Below are positions 1 to 9,754 of a DNA stretch of 29,226 nt, piece by piece. This DNA comes from Chlorobiota bacterium (GTDB taxonomy: Bacteria > Bacteroidota > Bacteroidia > Bacteroidales > JAADGE01), in the NCBI GenBank assembly GCA_030592825.1, contig JAUVIG010000001.1:1-29226 (forward strand). The letters run 5' to 3'. The notes below the pieces were generated by a model. It was given only the letters and a program-made list of their open reading frames with translations, did not search any database and was not told the origin of the DNA. Made by a program: the position numbers and the translations under genes. Every line of letters starts with the position of its first letter. Position 1 is the stretch's first letter.

Positions 1-1590
1 AATATATCCTGCAAAAGTATGATCGAATGATTGTAAACGAAAATCAGTTGAGTTATAAACATAAAGATGACTGTTTACATCAAGATTTCCGGCTGCGGTT
101 TTAGTTGTTCCCTGGTTAAGATATAATCTGCCGTATATAACACCTGCGTATACAGTTTGGTCGTTTAAAGCTGCATCGTATCTGACATAAGATTCGTTTT
201 CGAGAGTTACAGTTCCGAAAGTTGTCGGAAAATTATTTATGCCCCGTATATATAAAGATGTATTATCGGAAACCGTTAAAGTATTTGAGCCTGAACCGCG
301 TAATTCAGCATTATTATTTATTATAAACCCAATATGATTGCCTTCGTCATTTAAAATAACTGTCATATCACCGTTTACTCTCATAATATCCCCGGCTCCA
401 ATATATGAATAACCTTTTACAGTTATATCAGCCGTTCCGAGTGTAAAATCATCGTCATTGTCATCGTAATATGTACCGCCCAGCATAACAATTGTTCCGC
501 TGAAACCGCAAGTGCCGTTTAAATATCCGCCTGTTAAAGTTTGTGTATGAGTATCTCCGTTGTCGTTAACTTCTGCATCGTTGTAGATATAAATTGTATT
601 ATTTACAATCATATCTCCGTCAATCAGTTTTTGATTGGCAGCTCCTCCGTTATCAAAATATGCTTGATAGAATACTACATTCGACTCTCCGTCAGTTGTA
701 CCTGTTGTAACAGTTTGTTGTTGAGTTGAAGAATTGAAAGTTGCACGTCCGGCAGTTGCTTCGTATTTGCTTCCGTCATCAACTGTGAAGTTATTTTGAA
801 ATATATGTTGTTGAGAAGATTGAACCTCTGTATTATTAGTGATGTAAAAGTCATTTGTAACAGTAATATTTGCACCCAATACTCCCATTCCGGCTCCGTT
901 ATATGTAAGATTATAAAAAGTTGCAGATGTAGTAACGGACTGAATAAGAGAAGCATCCATTTGTATTGTTCCGTTTCCGGTCATTTGCCCGGTTCCGTTT
1001 TCTGTCCAGTTTCCTGCTACGGTATGGGTGAAATTACCGTCAGCAAAAGTTGCTCCGGTTTCAATAGTTACTGCTCCGTTAATATCAAAAGCTATACCTG
1101 CCGTAACAGTTCCTGTGTTGAAAGTTATTCCGTTAAATTGTGGGCTTACAGTTCCGCCGATTGTAAAATTTCCGTCAAGGACAACATTAGCAATTTGGCT
1201 GGAGGTGTTATATAAATCAAGAGTTCCGTTGTTTGTAACAGCACCTTGAAAACTTATTGTATGCGTTATATCAAATGTTCCGACAGTAAAGGATCCGGCA
1301 ATTGCAGTCGCTCCGGTTACTGTCAGACTTCTTGCAGTTGCATCATTTCCGATAACAAGAACACCTGTATTGTTTACTGTTAAACTAAGAACAGTTGCAT
1401 CTTGATTAAGAGTAACTGTATGGCCTGCGGCAATTATAACATCATCTCCTGCAACAGGTACACCTGCATCCCATGTTGCTGCATTACTCCAATCACCTGT
1501 TCCAACCGATGTAATGGTTGCAGAGAACGCATTGAAGGATGTAATAAGTATTAATAAGCTAACTACTAAAACTTTTTTAATTGTCTTCAT
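1..1590 (-). CDS. Large secreted beta-strand-rich surface protein/adhesin with G8-like N-terminus (5' part only; continues past left edge)
   Basis: My own translation from ATG at 1590 is open for all 530 codons to base 1: MKTIKKVLVVSLLILITSFNAFS|ATITSVGTGDWSNAATWDAGVPVAGDDVIIAAGHTVTL..., then G/T/N-rich repeats (GNFTVAGNWT-like). It is missing from the ORF track because there is no stop in the window. Confidence 0.85.
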   Translation of the reverse strand, partial: MKTIKKVLVVSLLILITSFNAFSATITSVGTGDWSNAATWDAGVPVAGDDVIIAAGHTVTLNQDATVLSLTVNNTGVLVIGNDATARSLTVTGATAIAGSFTVGTFDITHTISFQGAVTNNGTLDLYNTSSQIANVVLDGNFTIGGTVSPQFNGITFNTGTVTAGIAFDINGAVTIETGATFADGNFTHTVAGNWTENGTGQMTGNGTIQMDASLIQSVTTSATFYNLTYNGAGMGVLGANITVTNDFYITNNTEVQSSQQHIFQNNFTVDDGSKYEATAGRATFNSSTQQQTVTTGTTDGESNVVFYQAYFDNGGAANQKLIDGDMIVNNTIYIYNDAEVNDNGDTHTQTLTGGYLNGTCGFSGTIVMLGGTYYDDNDDDFTLGTADITVKGYSYIGAGDIMRVNGDMTVILNDEGNHIGFIINNNAELRGSGSNTLTVSDNTSLYIRGINNFPTTFGTVTLENESYVRYDAALNDQTVYAGVIYGRLYLNQGTTKTAAGNLDVNSHLYVYNSTDFRLQSFDHTFAGYI

Positions 1591-1833
1591 AATTAAGATT
1601 TTTTATAATTTTGGAATAAAGTGCTGTTTTTTAAATTCTCTACAAACAGAGTATTTATTTAGCTGAATAGTTGCAGTTAAGATTAAAAGTTAATTGTTTT
1701 TTTGATGTTAGGCATATATCTTTACATGAAAAGAACATCTTATTATTTGAAATTTTACTGAACAGTACAAAAATATGAAAATATATTGAATTTAAATCAT
1801 TTTTAAAAAATGATTTAAATTTCAAACATAAAA

Positions 1834-3534
1834 CTATTTTCTTCTGTATTTCCGTTTCCTGATAACTGAAACTGTGATTCCAAAAATTGCTATTAAAAAT
1901 AAGGGGAGCAAAACATTGATAAATTGTATTATAAAGCGATTATTACTTATCTTCTTATGATTAAGTAATCGCATTTGTAATTCACGAGAACGAATAGTCA
2001 TCAGACCTTCGTCATCGCATAAATAATTAATAGTATTAAGTATGAACTCTTGATTTCCGATAAAAGTTTGTTGAGTAAATTTATCAAAACCGACAGGATA
2101 TGGCTTACCATCCCTTGATACTTCATTTTTAATGATATCGCCGTCGCTGACAATTATCATTTTTGCATGTTTGCTTTTTGTAATGACATCAGCTCTTGAA
2201 ATATTCGGGAAATATTTTTCGACAGGCCTGTTTTTAAAGATTGATTCAAACTTGCCTTCCAATAGAACGGCAATATTTTTTCTTCCGGCTCTCATCTCAT
2301 TATCTTGAGGCATTCTGTTTATCAAATCAAAGCTAATCCTTGAAGGTATGGGGTCCAACTTTGAATAATCGGAACTTTTTAACAGAATTGTTTTTTTAAG
2401 CTCGGGATTACTGCCGACTGTATCAATTGTGCAAACAAATTCAGTTTTTATATAATTCAAATACTTTGAAACAACATGATCATTATCTGAAACTATAACA
2501 GGAAAATAATACCACGGATAATGATTTATTCTTGGTTTACCGTCAGGACCCTTTGTTGTTAATCCTATGGGTGATGAGAATTTATCCATCAATAAATCAT
2601 GATTCACTCTCACGCCGTATTCAAAAAGCATGTCATTTAAATTAAGGTCTTGAGCCATAGAAATTGTGGAGCCTGTAATAAATAAACTGTCAATATTAGT
2701 TTTGGTTCCTTCTACTAACCACAGCACACTTCCTCCGTTCATAATAAATTGGTCAATTACAAACTTATCCTCTTCCGAAAAAACTTCTTCAGGCTTGGCT
2801 ATAATGATTGCTTTGAAATCATCTAAAATCCCGAGAGTACCACCAATTCTACCGGTTTTTACCAAATAATATTCCGACAATACGGTAGAAATATCCATTA
2901 CTTGATATTCATTCAACTCGCCATGTCCGTTAATAAATGCAATCTCCGGTTTTTTATCTTTACTTAATTTTTTAATAGCATTGGTTAATTCATACTCCAA
3001 AGACTGGATGGAATTATTTACGTTTTCTTCACTTTCAGGTGCAAATTCTCCTGCTGTTTTCAATAAATTTACAAGCGTTTCACGATCTTTATAAATAATT
3101 GATGCACCCGGAAATACCATCTTCTGTGAGGTCTTTCCGTCAGCACTTATTTCGTTGGTTTCAATAGGCAAAAGACCTTTATCTGTCAGGCTTCTATAGA
3201 ATGCAAACCTAACTTCTTTATCTGAACTTTCTGCCGGATCAATAAACTCATAATCCAAATTATCGCCGGCATAAATTTTGAATTCATCCAATTCTTCTTT
3301 AATCTCACGTTTGTATTTTTTTAAAGTTGCAGGTAATCCCTCACCCTCAAGGTAAACTTTAATGTAAATTTTATCATTCAGATTTTCAAGAATACTAATC
3401 GTATATTTTGATAATGTAAACCTGCCTTCCGAAGTTAAATCAAATCTTAAAAACTTAACGGAAAGTACATATGCACCAATAATTATCAATACAAAAGAAA
3501 GTATAAATTTTATAAAATTATTTTTCAGATTCAT
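1834..3534 (-). CDS. gldG: Gliding motility-associated ABC transporter substrate-binding protein GldG
   Basis: N-terminal TM helix, RFDLTSEGRFTLS, GHGEL, DGDIIKN, GNQEFILNTINYL, C-terminal TM; directly downstream of gldF. Confidence 0.93.
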   Translation of the reverse strand: MNLKNNFIKFILSFVLIIIGAYVLSVKFLRFDLTSEGRFTLSKYTISILENLNDKIYIKVYLEGEGLPATLKKYKREIKEELDEFKIYAGDNLDYEFIDPAESSDKEVRFAFYRSLTDKGLLPIETNEISADGKTSQKMVFPGASIIYKDRETLVNLLKTAGEFAPESEENVNNSIQSLEYELTNAIKKLSKDKKPEIAFINGHGELNEYQVMDISTVLSEYYLVKTGRIGGTLGILDDFKAIIIAKPEEVFSEEDKFVIDQFIMNGGSVLWLVEGTKTNIDSLFITGSTISMAQDLNLNDMLFEYGVRVNHDLLMDKFSSPIGLTTKGPDGKPRINHYPWYYFPVIVSDNDHVVSKYLNYIKTEFVCTIDTVGSNPELKKTILLKSSDYSKLDPIPSRISFDLINRMPQDNEMRAGRKNIAVLLEGKFESIFKNRPVEKYFPNISRADVITKSKHAKMIIVSDGDIIKNEVSRDGKPYPVGFDKFTQQTFIGNQEFILNTINYLCDDEGLMTIRSRELQMRLLNHKKISNNRFIIQFINVLLPLFLIAIFGITVSVIRKRKYRRK

Positions 3535-3703
3535 ATATTTTGCATTGTTGCATTACTGCATTGTTTTATTGTTTAACTGTTTCGTGTTTAAATGACACTA
3601 ATAATGTATATTGATGACATAATTGATTTTTTCAGAAACTTCCTGAAAACTAAGTTTTGTTATGTAATTCAACTCATATAAATTTTAATCTCTTTATTTA
3701 AAA

Positions 3704-4459
3704 TCATATCTTCCTTTCCAAAACAGCTTTGGCTGAAAAAATAAATATTAATGAAACAGCAATAAAATAAATAATATCTCGTGTATCAAGTACTCCTCTG
3801 CTTATTGATTTATAATGTGAGTTTATTCCTAAATTCTCAACATTCGGTGCAAATTTACCCCAAAGTTCAAGATTACTGACAGCTTCAAATCCTACAAACA
3901 AGAAAAAAGATACAATCATTGAAGTCAGAAAAGCAATAATCTGACTATCAGTAACAGAAGATGCAAAAACACCAACCGCCACATATACAGCAGCAAGAAA
4001 AAACAAACCTATAAATGAACCCCAAAAAGCACCTGTATCAATATTCCATACCGTATCTCCCAGCAAACCAACAGTTATAAAAAACAACAGCGAAGGGATT
4101 AATGAAAATATTACCAATACAATTCCTGCAGCATATTTAGCAACAATAATTTGAAGATCAGATATCGGACGTGTGTACAGAAGTTCAATGGTTCCGGTTC
4201 GTTTTTCATCTGCAAATAAACGCATGGTTACAGCGGGAACAAGAAATAAAAAAATCCAAGGAGCCATAAAAAATAAGGTATCAAGATTTGCATAACCGCT
4301 GTCTAATACATTATATTCTCCGGGAAATACCCAGAGAAAAAGAGAATTAGCTATTAAGAAAATTGAAATTACTATATAACCGGTCAAAGTACCGAAAAAA
4401 GATGAAATCTCTTTTTTAAAAATGACATAAGCTACCCTTGTATCCGAAAAAGTATTCAT
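3704..4459 (-). CDS. gldF: Gliding motility-associated ABC transporter permease GldF
   Basis: KKEISSFF, PAVTMRLFADEKRTGTIELLYTRP, SISRGVLDTRD motifs; about six TM helices. Confidence 0.93.
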   Translation of the reverse strand: MNTFSDTRVAYVIFKKEISSFFGTLTGYIVISIFLIANSLFLWVFPGEYNVLDSGYANLDTLFFMAPWIFLFLVPAVTMRLFADEKRTGTIELLYTRPISDLQIIVAKYAAGIVLVIFSLIPSLLFFITVGLLGDTVWNIDTGAFWGSFIGLFFLAAVYVAVGVFASSVTDSQIIAFLTSMIVSFFLFVGFEAVSNLELWGKFAPNVENLGINSHYKSISRGVLDTRDIIYFIAVSLIFIFSAKAVLERKI

Positions 4460-4563
4460 ATATTTTATTTTCTGAACGGATAAAATTATAAAATATTTCT
4501 TATTCTGTGAACCGAATTATATTTTGTTGTTACTATTATTGATGAAATAATAATCTAATACTG

Positions 4564-4571
4564 CAAATATA
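4564..4571 (-). promoter_or_regulatory. Bacteroidota housekeeping -7 box (TATATTTG) upstream of gldF
   Basis: Matches TAnnTTTG on the minus strand about 105 bp upstream of the gldF ATG. Confidence 0.45.
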
Positions 4572-4670
4572 AAAATTTGAAACAAAATGCAACAAGAATG
4601 ATTATTTAAAATAATATTCAGACACGAGAATTTTTTTAATACAATCCATCTCTTTCCGGAAAATTTCTGT

Positions 4671-4678
4671 TACATTTG
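4671..4678 (+). promoter_or_regulatory. Bacteroidota -7 box (TACATTTG) upstream of the LytTR gene
   Basis: Matches TAnnTTTG 62 bp before the TTG at 4741. Confidence 0.5.
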
Positions 4679-4740
4679 CGCGAAAATAAAAATTTAACAT
4701 CGAACTTAACAAACATCATTTCTAAAAAAGCTAAATTCTA

Positions 4741-5595
4741 TTGAATAATCGGAAAAATCAAATAATAAAATCACTTAAAGATGAACTGATGCTACTGTTT
4801 ATTATGAGCGCCGGTGTTTTTCTTTTTATACTTTTTTTCCAACCTTTCCCGCTCGAAATGCTTGATTTCAATAACAGATTGTTATATGTAACCGGATTTG
4901 GTGCAATAACTTTCATATTAACAAGTATTATTCTTATTATTCTACCTATATTAATTCCTAAATGGTATAAAATAAAAGAATTGGAAAGCAATCTCCCTTT
5001 TATTTTGGGCTTTTTGTTCCTTACGCTTACGGCTACTGCTTTCGCATTTTATATGAGTTATGTCGGTATGGTTTCGCTCTCGCTGTATATTATGTTTAAA
5101 GTGGTTTTGGTTTGCATCTTGCCTTTAATCATATTAATAATTATGCATAAAAATAAAATGCAGGAGCGTGTCATCAGCATTGTACAAGAACAAAACAAAT
5201 ATTATTTATTAAAAATAAGGGATTATGAAAAACTTGAAGAAGATGAAGTAATTGATATCCTCTCCAATAATAAATCCGATAAACTGACTTTAAAGAGTAA
5301 ACATATTGTTTCCGTTAAATCGGCAGATAACTATATCGAAATTTCTTATCTGGAAAATGATCTTGTTGAAAAAAAACTAATAAGGAGTACCTTAAAAAAT
5401 ATCGAATCGCAATTGGCAAATCACAGAAGTTTTATTCGTTGCCACCGCACCAGTATTGTAAATATTATTTACATTGATAAGCTTGAAAGAAATTATAGCG
5501 GCTATAGTTTAAAAATGAGCCATTTAGAAGAAAACATACCTGTATCAAGGCAATATTTTATGCAGGTAAAAGAAGCAATTTCTGTCAATGGATAA
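4741..5595 (+). CDS. Membrane-anchored LytTR-family transcriptional regulator (about 4 TM + C-terminal LytTR domain, no receiver domain)
   Basis: Hydrophobic N-terminal half; C-terminal KSADNYIEI...RSTLKNIE...FIRCHRTSIVN...IPVSRQY. Start is TTG 4741 or ATG 4789. Confidence 0.88.
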   Translation: MNNRKNQIIKSLKDELMLLFIMSAGVFLFILFFQPFPLEMLDFNNRLLYVTGFGAITFILTSIILIILPILIPKWYKIKELESNLPFILGFLFLTLTATAFAFYMSYVGMVSLSLYIMFKVVLVCILPLIILIIMHKNKMQERVISIVQEQNKYYLLKIRDYEKLEEDEVIDILSNNKSDKLTLKSKHIVSVKSADNYIEISYLENDLVEKKLIRSTLKNIESQLANHRSFIRCHRTSIVNIIYIDKLERNYSGYSLKMSHLEENIPVSRQYFMQVKEAISVNG

Positions 5596-5598
5596 GCG

Positions 5599-5651
5599 TA
5601 TTATTCACCCCTAATTAATGCCATTCGCCACAATTGAATATTATTCCCCAC
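5599..5651 (+). promoter_or_regulatory. Three imperfect direct repeats with 20-bp period; putative LytTR operator
   Basis: ATTCACCCC (5603), ATTCGCCAC (5623) and ATTCCCCAC (5643), immediately after the LytTR stop and upstream of the 606-aa gene. Confidence 0.6.
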
Positions 5652-5835
5652 TTTAAGATTGTCATATAACCCTCTTAATTGCAATGTCTGCTTTTTTTAT
5701 ATAACCTTGTAACTTTATTAATAACAAGCAAATATGACAAATTTTTTGATAAATATTGTGAATTTGCCTTTAAATTCGGAATCTTATTCCTGAAACACAA
5801 AAACTAAGTTTATAAAAAAAATAACTGATTGAAAT

Positions 5836-7656
5836 ATGATAAACACGCATTCATTTCATATACCGGTAATGGGAATTGCATATACAATAGATACCCCTTT
5901 AAAAGTTTCACAATACGGAATTGACTCTGTTATTTCCATAGTTGATGATTTTCTTCTTGAAAAATTAAGAAAGATGTATTGTGAAAAATTTAAAATTCCT
6001 TATAATGAGATTACAGAAAAAATTATTGATTTCAGAGCAAAAAGAATAACGTCTTATCTTAATTTAATAAATAAATTAGCTAAAGATAAATTTGAAGAAT
6101 TAAAAAATTTAACTATTGAGAAAGGTAATGAGATTAAAAAATACATTAATATGTTACCTGACAGTTCAGATATAAAACAAAAATTCAAAAGTTTGACACA
6201 AGAATATTTTGATAATAATAAAATCCGGAGCCTGTTAAAAGACAACTTATCACCAGGTAGTATTGATGTAAATATTATGACCAAACTTGATAAGGAGAAC
6301 TATATTAACGGCGAAAAATTGCCTATAGAATTTAATGATGCTTTTGCAGCACTCAGGGGTTATGCAAACAGCGATTTAAGTTCCTCCATTATCCTGTCAG
6401 CAGGAATGAGTCCAAGGTTATACAGCTATATTGAGCAATTTGAAGATTTTTATCCGGACGAATACGGAAAAATAAAAAAGAAAATTGTTCTAAAAGTCAG
6501 TGATTACAGGTCAGCTTTAATTCAAGGAAAATTTTTGGCTAAAAAAGGATTGTGGGTTTCGGAATACAGAATTGAATCAGGACTTAATTGCGGAGGCCAC
6601 GCATTTGCAACAGACGGATATCTGTTAGGACCAATATTAGCAAAATTCAGGGACAGCAGAAAAGAACTTATTCAATCAATTCACGAAATCTTGATTCCGG
6701 CACTTTCAGATAAAAAACGTCAGATACCTGCAACAGAATTACCTTTAAAAATTACTGCTCAAGGCGGTGTCGGTACCGCAGAAGAACATCAATTTCTAAT
6801 TGATCATTATCAAATAGATTCTGTTGGTTGGGGTACTCCTTTCCTTTTAGTACCTGAAGTAACAACAGTTGATGAATCTACTGTAAATAAATTAATTGAA
6901 GCTAAAGAAGATGATTTGTATTTAAGTAATATTTCTCCTCTCGGTGTTCCTTTCAACAGTCTTAAAGGCAATACTAAAGATCTTAAAAAATTATCTTTGA
7001 TTGATAAAGGAAAACCGGGAAGTTCATGCCCTAAAAAATATCTTGTATCTAATAAAGAATTTACTGATAAAGCTATTTGTACAGCTTCACGTCTGTACCA
7101 ACGCTTAAAATTGAAAGAATTGGATAATGAAAATCTGTCTTCTGAAGAATATCAAAACAAATATAAAAAAATTGTTGACAAATCATGTATTTGTGTAGGT
7201 TTAGGCACAGCTGCATTGTTGAAGAATAATTTAGAAACTAAAATTGAAGGTACCGGAGTTTCAGTTTGTCCGGGTCCGAATATGGCATATTTCTCAAAAA
7301 AAATGAGATTAGAAGAAATCACGGATCATATTTACGGAAGATCAAATTTCATAAGAAACAATCGCCCGAATATGTTTATAAAAGAACTAAAAATTTATAT
7401 TGATTTTCTTAAAAATAAAATTGAAGAAACGAGTTTTCCTATAACAAATAAACAACAAAAGTATTTTATAACTTTTATAAAGAATCTACACGAAGGAATT
7501 AACTATTATCGCGAATTATTTACTAAGCTGAAAGATACGTTTAAAGATACAAAATCCGGCATATTTAATGATTTAGATTCCGGTATGAAAGCACTTAACC
7601 TTTTAAATTCGAAGATTGAAAATATAAGAATGAATCCTGTCCAAACAGCATTATAA
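5836..7656 (+). CDS. Conserved hypothetical protein; predicted NMO/FabK-like FMN TIM-barrel oxidoreductase with Cys-rich (possible Fe-S) C-terminal part
   Basis: HIPVMGIAY, ESGLNCGGHAF, ITAQGGVGTAEE and VGWGTPFLLVPE parallel the IQGGMG, EAGGH, IAAGGI and GTRF motifs of NMO/FabK. Cys in SCPKKY, ICTAS, SCICVGL and VCPGP. Confidence 0.55.
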   Translation: MINTHSFHIPVMGIAYTIDTPLKVSQYGIDSVISIVDDFLLEKLRKMYCEKFKIPYNEITEKIIDFRAKRITSYLNLINKLAKDKFEELKNLTIEKGNEIKKYINMLPDSSDIKQKFKSLTQEYFDNNKIRSLLKDNLSPGSIDVNIMTKLDKENYINGEKLPIEFNDAFAALRGYANSDLSSSIILSAGMSPRLYSYIEQFEDFYPDEYGKIKKKIVLKVSDYRSALIQGKFLAKKGLWVSEYRIESGLNCGGHAFATDGYLLGPILAKFRDSRKELIQSIHEILIPALSDKKRQIPATELPLKITAQGGVGTAEEHQFLIDHYQIDSVGWGTPFLLVPEVTTVDESTVNKLIEAKEDDLYLSNISPLGVPFNSLKGNTKDLKKLSLIDKGKPGSSCPKKYLVSNKEFTDKAICTASRLYQRLKLKELDNENLSSEEYQNKYKKIVDKSCICVGLGTAALLKNNLETKIEGTGVSVCPGPNMAYFSKKMRLEEITDHIYGRSNFIRNNRPNMFIKELKIYIDFLKNKIEETSFPITNKQQKYFITFIKNLHEGINYYRELFTKLKDTFKDTKSGIFNDLDSGMKALNLLNSKIENIRMNPVQTAL

Positions 7657-7667
7657 CAGGATTTTTT
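7633..7667 (+). terminator. Possible intrinsic terminator overlapping the 606-aa gene stop
   Basis: AATCCTGT...ACAGGATT stem with a 15-nt loop, followed by a T run. Confidence 0.35.
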
Positions 7668-7838
7668 GATTATACGTTTTCCTCTTTTCAAACCATACTC
7701 ATTAATAATATATTAATGATATTATTTAAGGGCACTCCTAAAATTATACTTACCTGCCAAAATCAATATCAAACCGAATATATTATAGTTTTTTTCGACA
7801 GATTGCCGTAAAACATAAAAAGATCGCCTAAAAAATAC

Positions 7839-7846
7839 TATATTTG
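7839..7846 (+). promoter_or_regulatory. Bacteroidota -7 box (TATATTTG)
   Basis: TAnnTTTG 42 bp upstream of the acyl-CoA dehydrogenase ATG. Confidence 0.55.
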
Positions 7847-7888
7847 TAAGTAATTTTTAAAATACTAACATTTAAATATTTTCAAGAT

Positions 7889-9028
7889 ATGGATTTCAGT
7901 TTTACCGAAGAACAGTTAATGATCAAACAAGCGGCAAGAGATTTTGCACGCACTGAATTACTCCCCGGCGTTATTGAACGCGACGACAATGAAGTTGAAC
8001 CCGTTGAACAAATAAAAAAAATGCAGGAAATGGGATTTATGAGTATGATGGCTGACCCTAAATACGGCGGCGAAGGAATGGATACAATTTCCTATGTTCT
8101 TGCCATGGAGGAAATTTCAAAAATTGATGCCTCCGCATCCGTTGTTATGTCAATACAAAATTCATTGGTAAATTGGGGTTTAGAAACTTATGCAAGTGAG
8201 GAATTAAATCAAAAATATTTAGTGCCTATGGTAAAAGGTGAAGCAATCGGTGCTTTTGCTTTATCAGAGCCGGAAGCCGGTTCTGATGCTACAAAACAAA
8301 GAACAACTGCAATAGAAAAAGATGATCACTATCTTCTTAACGGAACTAAAAACTGGATATCAAACGCCTCTATTGCTGATTATTTCATCGTCATAGCCCA
8401 TACACATCCTGAAAAAGGACACCGAGGCATTAATGCCTTTATAGTAGAAAAAGGTTGTAAAGGTTTTGAAATAGGCCCCAAAGAAAACAAAATGGGTTTA
8501 AGAGGCTCACACACACATTCATTGATGTTTACCGATGTTAAAATTCCTAAAGAAAATCGTATAGGAGAAGACGGCTTTGGTTTCAAGTTCTCCATGATTG
8601 TTCTTAACGGCGGCCGAATTGGTATTGCTGCCCAAGCTCTTGGTATTGCACAAGGAGCATTGGATCTTTCAATCCAATATTCGAAAGAAAGAAAAGCATT
8701 TGGTAAATTAATATCAGAACATCAAGCCATTGCATTTAAATTAGCTGAAATGGAAGTACGAACCGAAGCAGCACGAAACATGATTTATAAAGCTGCTTGG
8801 CTGAAAGACCAACACAAAGATTATAATTTGGCAAGTGCAAGTGCTAAATATATCGCAGCAGAAACCGCTATGTATGTTACTACTGAAGCTGTTCAAATAC
8901 ACGGCGGATACGGTTATGTTAAAGAATACCATGTAGAACGTTTGATGCGCGAAGCCAAACTTACTCAAATTTATGAAGGAACTTCTGAAATACAACAAAT
9001 TGTAATTTCGAGGGAATTGTTGAAATAG
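7889..9028 (+). CDS. Acyl-CoA dehydrogenase (short-chain/butyryl-CoA type)
   Basis: FALSEPEAGSDA, LNGTKNWISN, GGRIGIAAQALG, QIHGGYGY and catalytic IYEGTSEIQ. Confidence 0.95.
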   Translation: MDFSFTEEQLMIKQAARDFARTELLPGVIERDDNEVEPVEQIKKMQEMGFMSMMADPKYGGEGMDTISYVLAMEEISKIDASASVVMSIQNSLVNWGLETYASEELNQKYLVPMVKGEAIGAFALSEPEAGSDATKQRTTAIEKDDHYLLNGTKNWISNASIADYFIVIAHTHPEKGHRGINAFIVEKGCKGFEIGPKENKMGLRGSHTHSLMFTDVKIPKENRIGEDGFGFKFSMIVLNGGRIGIAAQALGIAQGALDLSIQYSKERKAFGKLISEHQAIAFKLAEMEVRTEAARNMIYKAAWLKDQHKDYNLASASAKYIAAETAMYVTTEAVQIHGGYGYVKEYHVERLMREAKLTQIYEGTSEIQQIVISRELLK

Positions 9029-9305
9029 ATAATAGATGTTAGATTTTAAAATTTAATTTTTTTATGAAAATCATTTCAATAGTTTTTATCATTGCAGGTA
9101 CATTAAGGCATTGAAAAACATAAAATCGCATCCTATCATAAAACTATATATCGAAATTTTCATATCCTGTATGATTAATTCAAAAGGAAATTTGTCGAGC
9201 ATATATTGAATTTGCCGATTAATAACAAAGCTCTAAAAAAAACCCTCCTGCAAACATGCTTGCAATCAATAGCTTGCAGACCATTCCAACAAACAATTCA
9301 AATTT

Positions 9306-9341
9306 AACTAAATATTTAGTTGTATAACTAATATTTTAGTT
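9306..9341. promoter_or_regulatory. Tandem BlaI/MecI-type operators
   Basis: Perfect palindrome AACTAAATATTTAGTT (9306-9321) and near-copy AACTAATATTTTAGTT (9326-9341). ACTA-N6-TAGT spacing matches MecI/BlaI boxes. Abuts the TATCTTTG -7 box at 9343-9350. Confidence 0.8.
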
Positions 9342-9366
9342 GTATCTTTGTCCGAAAGATTTTATA

Positions 9367-9750
9367 ATGAAAGAACTCACAAAATCGGAAGAACAAATTA
9401 TGCAGATTCTTTGGAAAATCAATGAAGGCTTTGTAAAAGATATTATTGAATATTTTCCTGATCCTAAACCTGCTTATAATACAGTTTCTACAATCATCAG
9501 GATTTTAGAAAATAAAAAGTTTATAGATCATAAAGCCTACGGCAGAACGTATCAATATTTTCCTGTTATCAGCAAACAAGATTATACCACAAAGTTCATG
9601 AAAAAGTTCATGAAAAATTATTTCAGCGGTTCTTTCCGACAAATGCTGTCTTTTTTCTCGTCAGAAGAAGAATTGTCAATTAATGAATTAGAAAAATTAA
9701 AAAAAGAAATGGATTTAATAATCCAAAAGAAAAAACAAAATAAATTATAA
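9367..9750 (+). CDS. BlaI/MecI/CopY-family repressor
   Basis: LTKSEEQIMQILW, PAYNTVSTIIRILENKKFI, YFSGSFRQMLSFF. ATG 9367 is preferred over TTG 9340, which lies inside the operator/promoter. Confidence 0.93.
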   Translation: MKELTKSEEQIMQILWKINEGFVKDIIEYFPDPKPAYNTVSTIIRILENKKFIDHKAYGRTYQYFPVISKQDYTTKFMKKFMKNYFSGSFRQMLSFFSSEEELSINELEKLKKEMDLIIQKKKQNKL

Positions 9751-9754
9751 AACT

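Noticed and set aside
541-1249. Four short track ORFs (541, 675, 796, 1028)
   Set aside because: Shadows of the 530-codon minus-strand gene at 1-1590.
5707-5735. TTGTAAC-N16-AAATAT upstream of the 606-aa gene, resembling the island ECF motif
   Set aside because: It mismatches the ACAT core, lies outside the island, and is plausible by chance in AT-rich DNA. Worth rechecking in a genome-wide scan.
9065-9115. Tiny ORF MKIISIVFIIAGTLRH resembling a truncated signal peptide
   Set aside because: Only 16 codons, with no recognisable continuation in any frame.
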